A stretch of DNA of 64,000 nt from Dudresnaya verticillata (lineage: Eukaryota), in the NCBI GenBank assembly GCA_977862235.1, contig OZ374557.1:310001-374000 (forward strand), in the 5' to 3' direction. Within the stretch, counting starts at the first letter, position 1; each line of letters opens with the position of its first letter. Positions 12,191 to 25,946 of this stretch are shown one piece after another. Both the position numbers and the translations under genes were made by a program. The notes beneath the pieces are model-generated. The model saw only the letters and a program-made list of their open reading frames with translations, was not told the DNA's origin and did not search any database.

Positions 12191-14321
12191 CCGATTTCTA
12201 AGGCCGAAGGTTGGACCCAAAAGCTGTCTACATTCACACGCGAGATCAGTATACAAGATAACCAACGCAAGAAATGGAGCCAACACGCTTCCAGCCGAAC
12301 CGCTTGATTGCAATATGAATCGCATACTCGAAAACCAATCCATTGTGTCAGTTTCGATCCCTATTGCAGACATCGTGGATCTGTGACAAGTGCAAACCCC
12401 AGAGTGCACCCGACTTGATCCTATTAGGGGATTACAGGAATGGGGACTGACATACGACAGTCTCTGGAGTCTTTTCCGTCGCAGGCCAGCACAGGCTTAG
12501 AGACGGGGAAGGCTGGCTTGAGCGGTCCGTACAACACCCCTGACTCGTCTTCAGACATGAGTCCGTTCTGCAGAGGTATCCAGAACAATACTGCACAACA
12601 ATTAGACGAATGAGGCAGATCCCATGTTTGTTTTGGCGGAAATAGTTAAGAAACGCCTCAATACAGTATTAGACACTCATATGAGATGAAGAGGGCAGCG
12701 CGGCGAAGAATCTTGGGGCATAAATCGTCTATTGGTTGTTAGGCATATTTGTGCGTGTTAGACTGCGTGGTTTCTTGGCAAGTCTTCATCCCCAAGCGGC
12801 CGTGCCGGAGGACCATTCACATGGCCCTTACCCCTTTTTGGGTACACGACGGAAGACCTGGACAGGTCAAAGCCTGCGGCTTGTGCCAACGATCTGAGAA
12901 GATACACACTCTCGCTATCGTCGGAAGCGAGCATGCCACGTCATGATTATCCTGTAAAGAACCAAAAATAGAACCAAAATGAATGTGTAACGGATAGTGT
13001 CAATGATGTACTGTAAGATAGGCTAGCAATGTTGAGACCCTGAAAAGTGCACCGCTAACCTCTAACCCGAGGAGGGGTCGGCAATACGCAATCGGCGTAC
13101 AAATATCCTTCTGTAAGGAGGAAATCTCAGGAGATCACCCAAATCAAATGAGGTTACTGTAGCCGGTGTGCGTGTGGTATACAAAAGGACCCTTCTCTAT
13201 AACAATAAAACGTCGGAGGGATGTAGTAGAATGGCCCTCGGCCAGGTAGTCGGCGATCAAACGGCGCGACAGCTGTCCTGGGGACAAATGCTCTCGGTGA
13301 GCGGTAGCTCAAGGGAAAAGGGGAAAAGGGTGTGGTAGAGACTTGTAGTGGATGTAATACCCAGAAACAAAGAAAAAGGAAGGCGAACCGTACAGCGCAG
13401 AGCAATCGTCGTACACGATAGGGCTTGTAGACGTTCAAGGGAAGGGAACAATGGTAGCACCGTAGGAAGACCAAAAATGGGTATAGCTCAAAACACACAC
13501 CGCTGCCGGTTTAGGGCGGGACCCCTGCTACTCAGGGGCCTCATAAATATGTCCGGAAGCTGGAAAAGCTACCCATTCTAAGTTAGAGTAATAATACTGA
13601 CAGTTGCCTAATACTGTACACTATCGGTGGATTAGAATCCAAAGATAGAAATGAGTGGAAGTGCCACTATGAGGTACATGCTGTAGCAGTATGGCACCGG
13701 CCAGAAACAGCAAAGAACAAGGAAAGACAGCAGTCCGATATCACACGCTAATTAGTGGTAGCTCGAAGGAGGTTTGGTAGAGGCTTGGAAGGAGGCGGGC
13801 CCTGATGACCCAGACGGGGGGTGCGGAAGCACGGTAAAGACTCGGCGCGACCGACTAAGGGAAAATATAGAGGTTGCGACCCGGTATTTCGTAGCGTACG
13901 TGTCGTTCGATGTCCTGGTCTGTACTGGGCGACCCCTGCAGGCGCGGAGCGTCCGATCGACCAAAAGATGAAGGCTTTCCGAACAACTCCGCTGAGTGTC
14001 TATTCTGAGGGCGCTGGCTATTCCGGCGCCCGTAAGTAGGGTTTGATAGCCGAAAACTCTGCCAGCCCAAAAGGGGGTCTAAGTTAGTCTATGATTATAG
14101 TTACAAAGATTAGTACAGTCAGTGCAATGTAAATAGGGGAATGCGTTCCAGTTAGAGGACTTGGTGCAGGATGCGCAGGTGTCCAGACTAGGGTCTCGGC
14201 TGCATTGTCGATACCCTGAGCGCAGAGGAGCTCCTCGTTCGTGAGTAGGAGCGCAGCGGCGCGTCATAAATCAGCCAATACGATGTGTCCAACTAGCGTC
14301 ATTACAATGCCAGGTGTATGC

Positions 14322-14389
14322 CACGTGTACAGCTGTAGGGCCACGTGTACACACGTGTACGCACGTGTATCCCACGTGTCATCCACGTG
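14322..14389. repeat. Cluster of six CACGTG palindromes
   Basis: CACGTG at 14322, 14342, 14352, 14362, 14373 and 14384. Confidence 0.9.
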
Positions 14390-14565
14390 TACCGCGATGA
14401 AAGGACAGCTGTCTTGATTAAGGGACAGTCTGTCCCGCGAAAAGAATTGTGCTTCTGTAAGCCCTTCTGCTGACAGCGTCCATACTGCCACACATGCGCG
14501 CCGCTGTTTGGCGCGCCATGCCAAAAATATGAGTGACAATAATTAATCCCGCAATGAGAGTAAGC

Positions 14566-15403
14566 TGTCGTGCAAACGTCGTGTTGATAACGAAGGACGC
14601 CTCCGGGCGTTTGGGAGCCCGGTGGGTAGCTGCTAGTAGCGAACTGGGTAGAGCAGATAGAACACGCCTAGGGCGGACTGTAAACACCCAGGGCGAGCGG
14701 ACAAAAGGGGCAAAGAAACCCAAAAGGAAACACGTTAGCAACGGGTAGGAACGTGGAAACACGGATAGGTAGACGCTTATGCTTCCGGGCAGCGGTAGGG
14801 TGCGCGCTGTCGCGGAAGGGAAGTCTGGACCCAAAACCGGCTTGCCGGGGCTTTACTATTACGTCCTGGACGAGGTACCTAAGTAGTACTATAGCGCCGC
14901 GGTGCCGCGGCTGCATGACGTAGTGCGCGGGAACCCGGGACGCGTTTCGCGTGGAGGTGCGTCTGACACGTCCCGGGACAATGCAGCCGCTGTGCGGCGG
15001 CGCGTGCGTCTCACCAAGGCTCGCTCGCACGGTGCTGTAAGCGATCCGGATTCGGATCGCGATTGACACGTATTACAGACGCGTTTCCCTTACAGCGGAT
15101 CCCGATGTCCGATCTGGATGTCGGATCCGGATTCGATCGGGATCCGGGCCAACCCGACAGTCGACTTCCTTACACCTCGTTGATCTCGATGTGTCATCCG
15201 GATCCGCTCTGCAGCGTTGCACCGTACAGTGCGTCGGGCGTGCGCTGCGCTGGGTGGCGGCGCACGCGCGTCCGTAGGCCAATCGTCGATGACGTGTTCG
15301 CGCCAACGGCGAATGAGACGTTTCAGGCGACCGTCCGTCGGTCGCCGAGGCCCTTGACGCCCATGGCGAGGAGATAAAAGCTCGACCCCCCCCGTGCGCC
15401 ACA
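14566..15403 (-). mobile_element. Solo LTR, family X-like, with 5-bp TSD
   Basis: TG...CA ends. TAAGC lies on both sides (14561-14565 and 15404-15408). Homologous to 26627-27525. Confidence 0.85.
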
Positions 15404-15493
15404 TAAGCCATCTGAACCGCCACATCCTTGTGCGCCCCACGCCTTACACGCGTCTCGTGTACATGTATGTGCTTACAGAAATCGGGCGCTCAT

Positions 15494-16168
15494 TGTGGTG
15501 AAGCGGCCGTTGTGGAGTGCCGACGACGGTTGAGCCGACTCGCGACCGGCGCACCGGTGAGCTGGCGCCAAAAACCGAACGGGAGTGCAGCGACACAGTA
15601 GCACTGTACGCCTTGCTGGAGTCTGCGCGCACCACCAATAGGAGCCAAGTAGTTGGTTTATTTGTAATTAGGGAATTGTAATGATGCTGTACAGTACGTA
15701 GTGTCAGCCGGCCAATGAGAATGCCGAGCATGTCCGCAACGGTGACCGGGACCAGTAGGGCCGGACCCACCTGGAGGACCAGACCCATTGAGGTCTGGCC
15801 CACACGGGCCGGACCGCGGGGCGTATCTCCCAGTATATTCATGGGTGGCCACCGCGATTCCTACAGTAAGCGGGTACGCAACCCTGGGCAAAGTGACTTA
15901 CCCTAAGCCTTACCCTCATACTCCTTTACGGTTTCCCCTCGCCAGCCCCATGCACGGATTCATCTTACCTCCGTCCCGGTGTAGCTGCCCTGGCACTGTA
16001 CCGTCCCCCTTGTCTGTTGCGTCCCTTTAATCCTTACAGGTGTTGCCGCTCGAGGTACTCCCTTCGGTCTACGAACCAAGCTCTACCACCCCGGTGCCGT
16101 ATGAGACCACTCCTTATTGGGATTGCCTGATCAGCTCTCCTTACAGGTGTGCCTTTAACTTCACCACA
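15494..16168 (+). repeat. 5' LTR of the Gypsy element (675 bp)
   Basis: Perfect 10-bp inverted ends TGTGGTGAAG...CTTCACCACA. Confidence 0.9.
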
Positions 16169-16286
16169 TTCATTATTCCGCAAGGGTTCTGTATAGTGCA
16201 GACTTCAATATCGCCCTAGGCGTCGTTACAACGTCTCGGACGGAGCTCTACGCCCTCGGTGTTACACCGCCAACGGCGTTCAAGAT

Positions 16287-19200
16287 GTGTTGGTACAGAC
16301 GCTCATCCGTCAGGAGCGTCAGGCGTCGGAGATCGAGCAGATGCTCATCCCCGGACAACCCCTACCGGAACCCAAGGAGCAGCCCTTTTCTGGACCTACA
16401 CCGATACGTAATAACTTCCCGGTCAAGGCAGAAACGACGTATATACCAGAAATCCCCACTCAGGTGTTTCCGCCCGATCCGGTAAGGACAGCGGCAGCCC
16501 CTGGGTTACCTACCCAAACTCAATACACCGAATTGGATCCAACACACCAACCCCAACCGAATCGGAGTACGGTCCCTGGACCCGCAGAAGTGCCTGCGGG
16601 GGAACGTATCACCGTGCCGGTGGCTTCGCGTAGAGGCAGTGAGCACTCCGATGGTGACTCCAAGAAAAACCAAGACCGGAGTGGTAGAGACAGTGCTGAC
16701 AGAAAGGCCAAGGACTCCCACTCCGATAAGGAACGTGACCATTTGCAACGGAGCAAACGCGCTTCGCGACGGGACAAAGAACACTCCGGTACGGAATCTG
16801 ATGATAGCCAACACCGCAATAGGAAGAAGAATAAGCGCAAGTCGCGCCATAGGCGCCGAAAAGGGCATGACTCCTCCCATTCCTCCGGCTCTGATACGAG
16901 CTACTCCGATACGGATAGGGACGAGCGGCGTCGGGCCAGAAAACACGACGCCAAACACTGAGAGGTCGACAGGCCACTCCCAAAGGTGATCCGGCCCCTG
17001 AACGACAGGTTCGTGAGGGCGCTGGATTTCCGAACATACCGACTGGAGAAAAAGAGTTCATACTACAGCTCGAGCTTTTCCCAGAATATGGGACGCATCC
17101 GCAAAAAGCTGGAGGTACAAATGAAGTCCCACTCCTTTAACGGTACAGACCCCTTCACGGTCCTTGGATTTCTCGCGAAGTTCAAGGATGCGTGTAACAT
17201 CAACTCCATTTCGGAAGGAACCGCACTGTGGTGTTTCCAGTTTTTCTTGAGTGCACAGGCTGAAGCTTTGTTTCAGGCCCGTCTCGCTGGTGGCACCATG
17301 GCGGTCGACGAGGAGCAAGCAGAGATGCTTCGCACCTATACCGAAGTGGTGAACTTTTTGCTAAGGACTTATGCTACCGATGAGGTGATTGCCGAAGGGT
17401 ATTCGGACGTAACGTCGTTTCGACAAACGTCGGCCTTAACGGAAGAGCAATTCTCCAACCAACTTTGGACTAAGGCACTCCGATGCGGTACAGTATTCTC
17501 CGACAGGTCCCTCAAGTCGCTGTTTGTGGGAGGACTCTTACCGGGAACGTGTCAGCAGATGCGTAATTATCTGGCAACACACCCATATGGATTACCAAGC
17601 CATCACCCGCTACGCTAAAGGGCTTGGAGAATCCCATCGGGCAACCAGACGCCAAACCTCAGCGGTGTTCGTCTTCGACGGAAAACCTAAGAGTCAGTCA
17701 CGACGTTCGGGCGTTCTGTCGATTAGTTCTCCATCGGAGTACACCTACTCGGATTATCCCGCTGAATCGGAGGAGCACGTGCTCGCCCTGGAAGGAGGTG
17801 CGTGTCGAAGCGCCGGCACCTCGTTGGGGGTTACGTTTACTACAGCGTACGCTTCCCCACCGAGTAGTGTCTACTTTACTCCGCCTCGGACTCCCAACCT
17901 TCGCCCACCAGCGCCACGGATGCCACCACCCCGGCAACCCCGCTACGGACCGGCTGATAGCCGCTACGGCCCTGCCACACACCGTCAGGGGACCACCGGG
18001 CAGCATCCCAGCCATATTGGACACCCCCACGGCAGCACGCCTCCCCGTCAAGGGCAGGGCGAACACCGTATTGGAAAACAATCCCCTGCTGCAGAGTATA
18101 CGGATCACACCTCACCGGATGTCAGACGCCTCTATGGAAGCGGCTACTGTCGCTCGTGCCTCTCCCCGGACCATGTAATTTGTCCATATCTGAGCGACAC
18201 CGAAAGAGGTCCCCTGATGGAAGAGTGTGAGCGCAACTATCAGGCGATCCTCCTCAAGCGGCAGGCCTTCGCCAACTCCAATACGGGAAATCGTCCGCCG
18301 GGTAACTACCAGCAACGCCCAGCGCGGGTACTGACTGTCGATGGTGGTGCGGTTGGCGAGCCCCCAGCTGATATGATGGAGGAGGCACTCATGGCACACC
18401 CCGACTCGGAAAACGTCGCAGGAGACGTGTTAGGGCGTCCCCGTCTCCTCAATGCGACGTGGTACGCCCACCAATACGGGCTTTGCCGTACTCTCAGTCC
18501 GCCACCATTACGGAGTACCCCCTTGATATTGTTCCAGAAATCCCCCTTGAATTTCCACCACCCGGTGATTCTGTCTGTGTTCTACAACGGTAGAATTATA
18601 AAATCCAGATTACCGTGGGAAGGAGTAATGACCTCATGTTACCTCTCATCACCGTATTGGATTCTGGTGCTGGGCCAAATCGCATCAACGCCAGACGGCT
18701 TTCACCCCACTGGTTGTCTTTGATTCGCCCCGCTGCCAGTCCACCTTTACGGGATGCGTCCAATAGGTCGATACGCCCGCTTGGTGTCATTCAACATTTT
18801 GTCCGTATCGGAGAATTGCGTACTCGAGTCCACTTCCTGGTGGTCGCGAACCTCGCTGCTCCGTGTATCCTGGGAACCAGTTTTATTGATCGCCATGTCA
18901 AGGCGATCCTCCCATCGGCACGGAAAGTTGTTTTTCATCACCACTCCCCGGTTTCGTTGACGGAACAAACCCGACATTCCAAAACGGTGGCTGCTTCCAC
19001 TCTTCAGGGCCCCCTGTGTCATCCGCTTCGGTATCGCAAAAGCCCCGCCTAGCGAAATCCCTTATTATCCCCCCTATGACCCAATCCCTTGCATTGGTCA
19101 CCACTCCTACCGGTGGTTTGTGTTTTCTTCAAAACCATCCCAATCCCCTCCATAAGCACCTCACCCTTATGGCTAACGGGGTTATGGATATAATCCCTAA

Positions 19201-22200
19201 CAAACCCATTAAGGTGTGGCTGACTAATTTCCCCAGACCGGTGCGGTTGCCCAAGGCTACCGTCCTGGGCCTCTCTACTGCTTCTCCCTCTGCCATACTC
19301 ACCGTGAACGGTGTACCTCCATTCAAGGAGGGGGAGGACATATTAATTCCTTTCCTACTCCTCCTAAAGAAAGCAGCAAGGCTACACCCCAAGATGGATT
19401 CAAAGGAAACACCGTATCGGAATCAACTACAACCCCTGACACCGACTGGAAAGATAACATCCATATTGGTGCCAAGGATGAAAAACTCCGCGCTAAGGTG
19501 GTTACACTCCTCGAGGAGTTCGGCAATACGTGGAACGGCGAGTTAGGAAATATACCTGCCGCGAAACACCGTATTGAATTAATGTCTGGTGCCAAACCGG
19601 TATATCAGGCACCATATCGGCAGGAAATAAACAGCGCGAGCTGGAGAAGGCAGAAGTGGATCGTATGTGGTCCGCTAAGGTGATCGAGCCATCCGCTTCG
19701 GAGTGGGCCAGCCCTGTGGTCTTCGTTCCTAAAAAGGACGGCTCCATGCGGTTTTGTGTTGATTATAGACGTCTTAACGCTGTCACCGTTCGGGATTCAT
19801 ACCCTTTACCCCGAATAGATGAATGTATCGACTCCCTTAGAGAAGCTACAGTATTCACCACTCTGGATTGTAATAGTGGTTACTGGCAAGTAGAGATCCC
19901 TGAGGAGGAGCGTGACAAAACTACCTTCACCAGTCATTATGGATTATACCGCTTCCGGAGAATGCCTTTTGGGCTCAAGAACGCACCCGCTACTTTCCAA
20001 CGGGCGGTTGACATCATCCTATCTACGGTGAAATGGCAATTTGCCTTAGTCTAACTGGATGATGTGATTGTATATTCAAACACCGTCACGGAGCACTTCG
20101 AACACCTTAAGGAGGTCCTCACGCTACTCCGTTCCGCAGGTGTAACTCTGAAATTGTCAAAGTGTGCCTTCTTCGACACTTCCGTACAGTATCTGGGCCA
20201 CATAATGCGCCCGGGCCAACTGGAAGTGGAACGAAAGAATATTCTCGCCGTCAAGGAGGCTAAGCCACCTACAAACCAAACGGAGTTGCGCTCTTTTCTA
20301 GGATTATGTAACGTCTATCGACGCTTCGTTCCCAATTTTGCACGTATTGCTTCGCCACTCAATAAGAAAACCGGCAAGGGTCTGGTATTCGAGTTTGGAA
20401 CTCTCACCGAAACGGAGTTTAACGCCTTTGAGGAGTTAAAGAGACACCTAATCTCCCCTCCAATATTTTATTTACCCCGTCATGGTTTCAATTATACGTT
20501 GGATACCGACGCTTGTGATTAACAAGTTGGGTGTGTCCTTCTCCAGAAGCAAGCTAGTGGAGATAATCTATCAGTGGGTTACTGGAGCCGAAGTCTAACC
20601 AATGCGGAGAAGAATTACACAACCACTGAAAAGGAGTGCCTTGCTGTCGTTTGGAGTATGCTAACGCTACGTCCTTACCTTTTCGGTGAAACGTTTACGC
20701 TCCGTACGGATCACGACGCCTTACGCTGGATATTGCGTTTAGCTGATACGTCTGGACGCTTAGCAAGATGGCTCCTACGCCTATCGGAATTTGCGTTCGA
20801 GGTACAATACCGCCCTGGTATCAAGCAACAACTCGCAGACGGTATGTCGAGACTCCGAACAGGTGGTGTTGACAGAGCTGAGTTGGATGAGGAAGTGCCT
20901 TGCTTCGTTATGGAATCGACTCCTGGTGGTGTAGTGCAACATGGTGTGCGACTAACCAATTGGAAACAGACCCAGCAGCCTGATGCCGCAAGCAGCCTTG
21001 TCCTAGGCGTTGAACGTGGAGACACCGAAATGGATACTACGCCTGAAATGGATACAGTACCACCCACTCCGCTCCGACAAACGGTCATCCAACAAGAGGA
21101 TATGCGCAATGAGACCCTTACCCGTGAGGTGTTCATATCCGCGCAAGCAACAGATACTTTCTGCAAGCTTAAAGCTGAATCGGTGGGATCACCTGGATCA
21201 CAATTTGACTACGACCGACATGGGTTTCATGTTCGCAAGTCTGCCCTCGACAGCGCACTCCAAAAGGTGGTACCGCAACAGATGCGCGGCAGGGTCCTGT
21301 ATCTTGCCCACTACACCTTGATGTCGGGACACCCTGGTAGAATTAAGATGTACTACACCTTACGGAGAGACTACTATTGGCCACATATGGCTAACGATGT
21401 ATTCGAGACCGTTCGGAGTTGCCGCTCATGTGTCAAAACCAAGGGCACGCGGTTTAAGCATCAGAAGTTCATGAAGCTATTTCCCGCGAGTGGCCCACTG
21501 GAGTTTGTCGCTACGGATATACCGGGCCCACTGCCGGAAACCAAACCGGGATACGTCTTTGTCCTGGTCATCACCGATCGGTTTTCTAAACTAACACGGT
21601 GCATCCCGTTACGGACGATTACAGACGCCGTGGTGGCGGACGCACCTTTAGACCATTAGGTGTATGCGTATGGCACACCTAAATTGGTACTCACCGACAA
21701 TGGAAGACAGTTCACGGCGAAGTTCTTCGACGCTGTCTGTGCCCTACTCGGAGTTCGGCATTTGCTGACCGCTGCCTATCACCCGCAAACCAACGGGCAA
21801 GCCGAGCGGTTTAACAAAACCATAGCGCAGCGTCTCCGACACTACGTTGAGGATCACCACACCGATTGGGATTTATACCTACAGCCGTTAACCTATTCCT
21901 ACAATATGTAGGTACACCGGATTACGGATACTACTCCCTTTGACTTGGTGTTAACTCGACACCCATCGGATATTATTGTGCGTGGCACCCCTGTGGAGTT
22001 GGAAGAAACCGTTACGGAGGGGCGTATGACGCCCGTACTCCAAAAGCGGGGAACCATGCGGCGTTTGCGCGATTCCCTACAGAAGGTGCAGACCAAACAG
22101 ACTACAGCCCAGTTGAATTCTAAGGCCCTATTCGACCGTAAGGTGCGTTTCTGACCGGTGGTTCGCGGTGGCGATCAAGTCTACGTAGATCACCCGCCGC

Positions 22201-22802
22201 GTAATCTACGGCCCACGGAACGGAAGGAACGCGACCGATTGGTTCAAGGCCCTGACCACGTCGGTGAATTTGCGGAGCAAATGAAGAAGCTCCTCCCACG
22301 ATCGACGGGCCCCTACGAAGTATACACCGCAACGGACACTGTAGTCACTATCAAGAAGGATGGCGTCCTGATTCCCATCAGCATCGATCGCATCACCAAG
22401 GTACCAATTGGAGTTCCTGTGCAACCGGCGCCGCTATTGGCTCCGCCGGTTACGCCACACACCGACGTGGACGGTACAGTACCCCAGCAGGCCGGAGGCA
22501 CCACAGTAGTACCCCAAACACCAGGTGGTATTACTGTAACGCCCCAAACGCCAGGCAGTATTCCTGCCCCCGTGCCGGAGACAATTGATGCCGACACGGA
22601 GTATGTCATCGAGCAGATCGTGGGACACCGCGAAGAACCCACGGGCATGACCTACAAGGTGCGTTGGTACGGCTACCCACCAGACCAGGACACGTATGAA
22701 CCCGCTGAGGAGTTGCCGCAAAACTTCATACGCCGCTATTGGAATAGAAAGCGCACGACAGCCGCTGCAGCTCGACGTCCCAGAGCTCCCACGCGTCGAT
22801 AG
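16287..22802 (+). pseudogene. Gypsy gag-pol polyprotein with C-terminal chromodomain, multiple stops and frameshifts
   Basis: Protease VLDSGAGPN. RT RFCVDYRRLN, MPFGLKNAPATFQR and *LDD (TAA at 20052-20054 in place of Y). RNase H TDAC and EKECLAVV. Integrase HHCC, TDNG and NGQAERFN. Chromodomain EYVIEQIVGH..YKVRWYGY..DTYEP. Confidence 0.95.
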
Positions 22803-22844
22803 CCAGTCGCTACTCACCCACGCAGTAGGGGTTTTGGCAAAATC

Positions 22845-22996
22845 GGGCATGACCCGTGGACTCCGTGTTCACAGAACCCTTGCCCAAGGGGCTCTACTCC
22901 ATATTGGTGACTTGGCATTGGTACAAAATGGGCATGGCCTCTGGACTCTGTAACCACAGAACCCTTGTCCAAGGGGCTCTACTCCATATTGGTGAA
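22845..22996. repeat. Two-copy ~85-bp direct repeat downstream of pol
   Basis: CACAGAACCCTTG.CCAAGGGGCTCTACTCCATATTGGTGA at ~22870 and ~22955. Confidence 0.9.
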
Positions 22997-23184
22997 CCGC
23001 CGGCAAGCGCGCAACCACTTCTGGTATTAGGTGATCGTCAACCTGACGCAAAGCCTTGTATGGTGGAGGGTATCCCCGCCACTTCGGGATTCACTCCACA
23101 GTTGTGTTATTCCACTTCCCCTCCGCCAGTGGAGGGGGGCTCACACAAATCACGAGATTTTATTGACAAGTGGCATTACTACGC

Positions 23185-25946
23185 TTACACTGCATTCCGC
23201 GGGCGCTTCGCTGGTGGCGCCAGGTCAGCCTCCGTATCCTCCTCTTTGGCCGCACTCTCCTCCAAGTCGAGAATATCCTCACCATATACCCTTGCGGAAA
23301 TCATGGTGTGTCTCCTACCGGTGTCTGCCATGCGACGACGCAAAGCGCGAATGGTACGCCGTAGGCACACCAGACGCCCGACCCACAGCACTGCGGTGTT
23401 AATGGACTCGTTCGCCGACGCTGGAAGGGGCATTCCCGCGTTTCTACACCCTTCGCGGAGTCGCTGCAGAGCAGCCCCATCTATGCGCAACTCCGCTTCG
23501 GTCCAACTCGTCATCTCCTTCGGGGTATCCTCTTCTTGCTTCACCGTCACGGGGTCGATATTACGGGGTGGCCCTCCACCTGGACCCGCAGCGGCCACAA
23601 ACATCACGGAGTCACTCGACGCGGGCGACACCGGCTTGGCAACTTCGCTCCGCTTCGGTACAGGAGTCTTCACTGCTACGCTAGGCCGTGTGGTCGTGAG
23701 TACGTCCACTTGGTCCGTCCCCACCGGTGTAGCGTCCTCTCCCACTTCGGAGTCTTCGTGCTCCCCGACGGGACCCAACTTAGCCGCTGCTGCAGCTACT
23801 ACCGTGGGCTTCTGACCAACTACCGCTACGACATTCGCCGCCTTGTCCAACTTGGTGTTCTTGTTGATCTCCGGCGAGACTGTCGGTTTCGAAGCCCCGA
23901 TTGGTGGGGACGCTGCGGCCACCCCCGACGAACCCCCCTGCGTCTCGATCTCCGCTCCTACAGGAGGAGACGCCGTTACGGCCTTCGTTGGCGACGAGGT
24001 CGTGCGGTCGCCCCACACCTGTATGGATTCTCCACCAGGAGCTTCTCTTGGCACGAGGACCCTGGGATCCCCGCGCACCCTCTCGATCTCGTCAACCCCC
24101 ACTGGTGTAATCTCGTCAGCAGGCGGACTGTCGAGGCACCCCTGTTGATGCTGCACACCGGATGGAGTACCCCACTCGCGTGACGGCGGAGCCCTCGATG
24201 GCCCCTCCGTCATGGGGTAGAACCTCGAGCGGGAGCGCATCGCGTGCCAGCTTGACATCTCCTCATCGATCAACCACGCCGACTCGGGGTCTTCTTCCGA
24301 TAGGAAATACGCCATACCACACCCGGGGTTGTGTGGCGGCACCGACAGCACGCGGTTGTCTTTTCAATGATAACCGATGAACCCTGGCGTTCGCTCCCAG
24401 TTGGTGTCTGCCTGAACCGCGAAGAGACGTTCAACACGCGCCAAGGGGTTTTCGGTCCCCTCGACCAACCGGTCTACTCCAACTTGGTGTATAAGGGTAA
24501 CCACCGGCCTTGATAGCTTGAATATGCGCCCGCAATTGCCACTTTCCGGATCCGTTCTGCTCCGCGGGTACGTCCTCCAGTCGGTCATCTTCGCATTAGC
24601 TCTTAAACCCCGGTAGATAACCTGTAGCCAGGAGAAGAGGACTAACACTGCCCATTCCGCTCGGAGTATCCGACCCAACACCGTCATCAGCGGATGGTCA
24701 ACTGACTTCTCTCCGCCTGGGTGTGCAGCTTGCCAGTCACGATGCTGAATGAACCGATTCGAAACGTACGCCACCACCGTCGGAGGTGGCACTGACACCC
24801 AACGGGTGACTTCATACTCAGCCCACCAATCCGGAGCGGTGCAGTACAATCGACGATGCGCCCCCGGCGGCACCTGGAATAATTCGTTCGTGTTCCAAGT
24901 ATGGAGTATCGCCCTTCCGAGGCGGCGCCCATCTCTACTCCGCAACCGGCGTCGATGCTCTTTCGCTGTGTCGTCAGCACACCGTTGCGGATTCCCAAAC
25001 CAGTGGACGCCTTGGTCATACGGCTTCTCGTAGCACAGGAAATCGACACCAACCGGATGATCTCGCAGTCGGTGGGCCCTTGCCAGCAATCGACACACCT
25101 TATCGGGATACCCCTCTTCCTCCTGACATCTCAACCACACGATGTCACACCCGGTTGGAGTTCGCACTCTACAGTTCGAGTGAATCCACCTGGCTCTCCA
25201 CATCCCCTCACGCCGATTCGGGAACCGCTTGTTGTTGATTAACCCATCGGAGTCTGTAACATCGCTGTAGTGACGCCCCTCGAGGGTGCCACCATAGTTG
25301 GAAACGAAACCCGATACGGGCATACGGAGACGCACCATATCGCGCTCCTCTTCGGTACGCTGGCGCCACCCGGTGCGGTGATCATATGCCCGGCCAGGCC
25401 AAGTTCCCTCATCGGTGTAACCTGTCGAGTCCACACGCCCATGGTAACTCCCCTGCATCCCCAGCGCGTATGGCAGTGAACGCGATGGTACGCCGCCTAC
25501 ACCCATGTGGAGTGGGGGTGAGGTTACTACACCTCCAGCCTGACCAACCTGGAGACCCTGCGCGTACTCCTCATATCGCCCATACGGAGTTCCGCGACGA
25601 TATCCACCAAGCACCATCTCGGTGCTGCTTTGGAAGGACCGGGCCGTTGTGACCCCGGCCCCACCTGTCGATCCGGAAGCGGAGTAGGCGTCCGTAGAGC
25701 CTCGCCGTCATCGCGCCTTCGCGGCACCCGCGGGCTACCCACACATGCTGGCAGCGTCTGCGTTGCGCCCGTTCCCACCGAAACGCCCGCTATGTTGTCC
25801 GCGAGCCCGCCGCCTTCTCCCTCTTCTGTCTCCGGCGCCGGAGCCGCCCCCACCGAAGATGTACGCCGTTTCGGTTGGAAGGGGCTCCGTGCGCGGTCGG
25901 TGTTACCGCCCGCCATCGCTAGCGGTACACCGGTTTGGACTTGCAC
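23185..25946 (-). pseudogene. Antisense accessory gene of the Gypsy element, function unknown, probably one frameshifted gene
   Basis: Consecutive minus-strand ORFs of 139, 417 and 388 aa lie between pol and the PPT, with a W/R-rich core followed by a low-complexity, coiled-looking tail. Confidence 0.65.

Larger units (their letters stand above)
13012..15477 (-). mobile_element. Degenerate LTR-like sequence, family C, with nested insertions
   Basis: Ends TGTAAG.../...TATCTTACA. The core CCCCTGCTACTCAGGGGCCT (13522) recurs at ~63800 and inverted at ~53090. No TSD found, so the limits are uncertain. Confidence 0.5.

Noticed and set aside
11998..12386. C-terminal extension of the 387-aa zinc-finger ORF
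   Set aside because: It results from the frameshift. The fifth finger and stop are in another frame ending at 12085.
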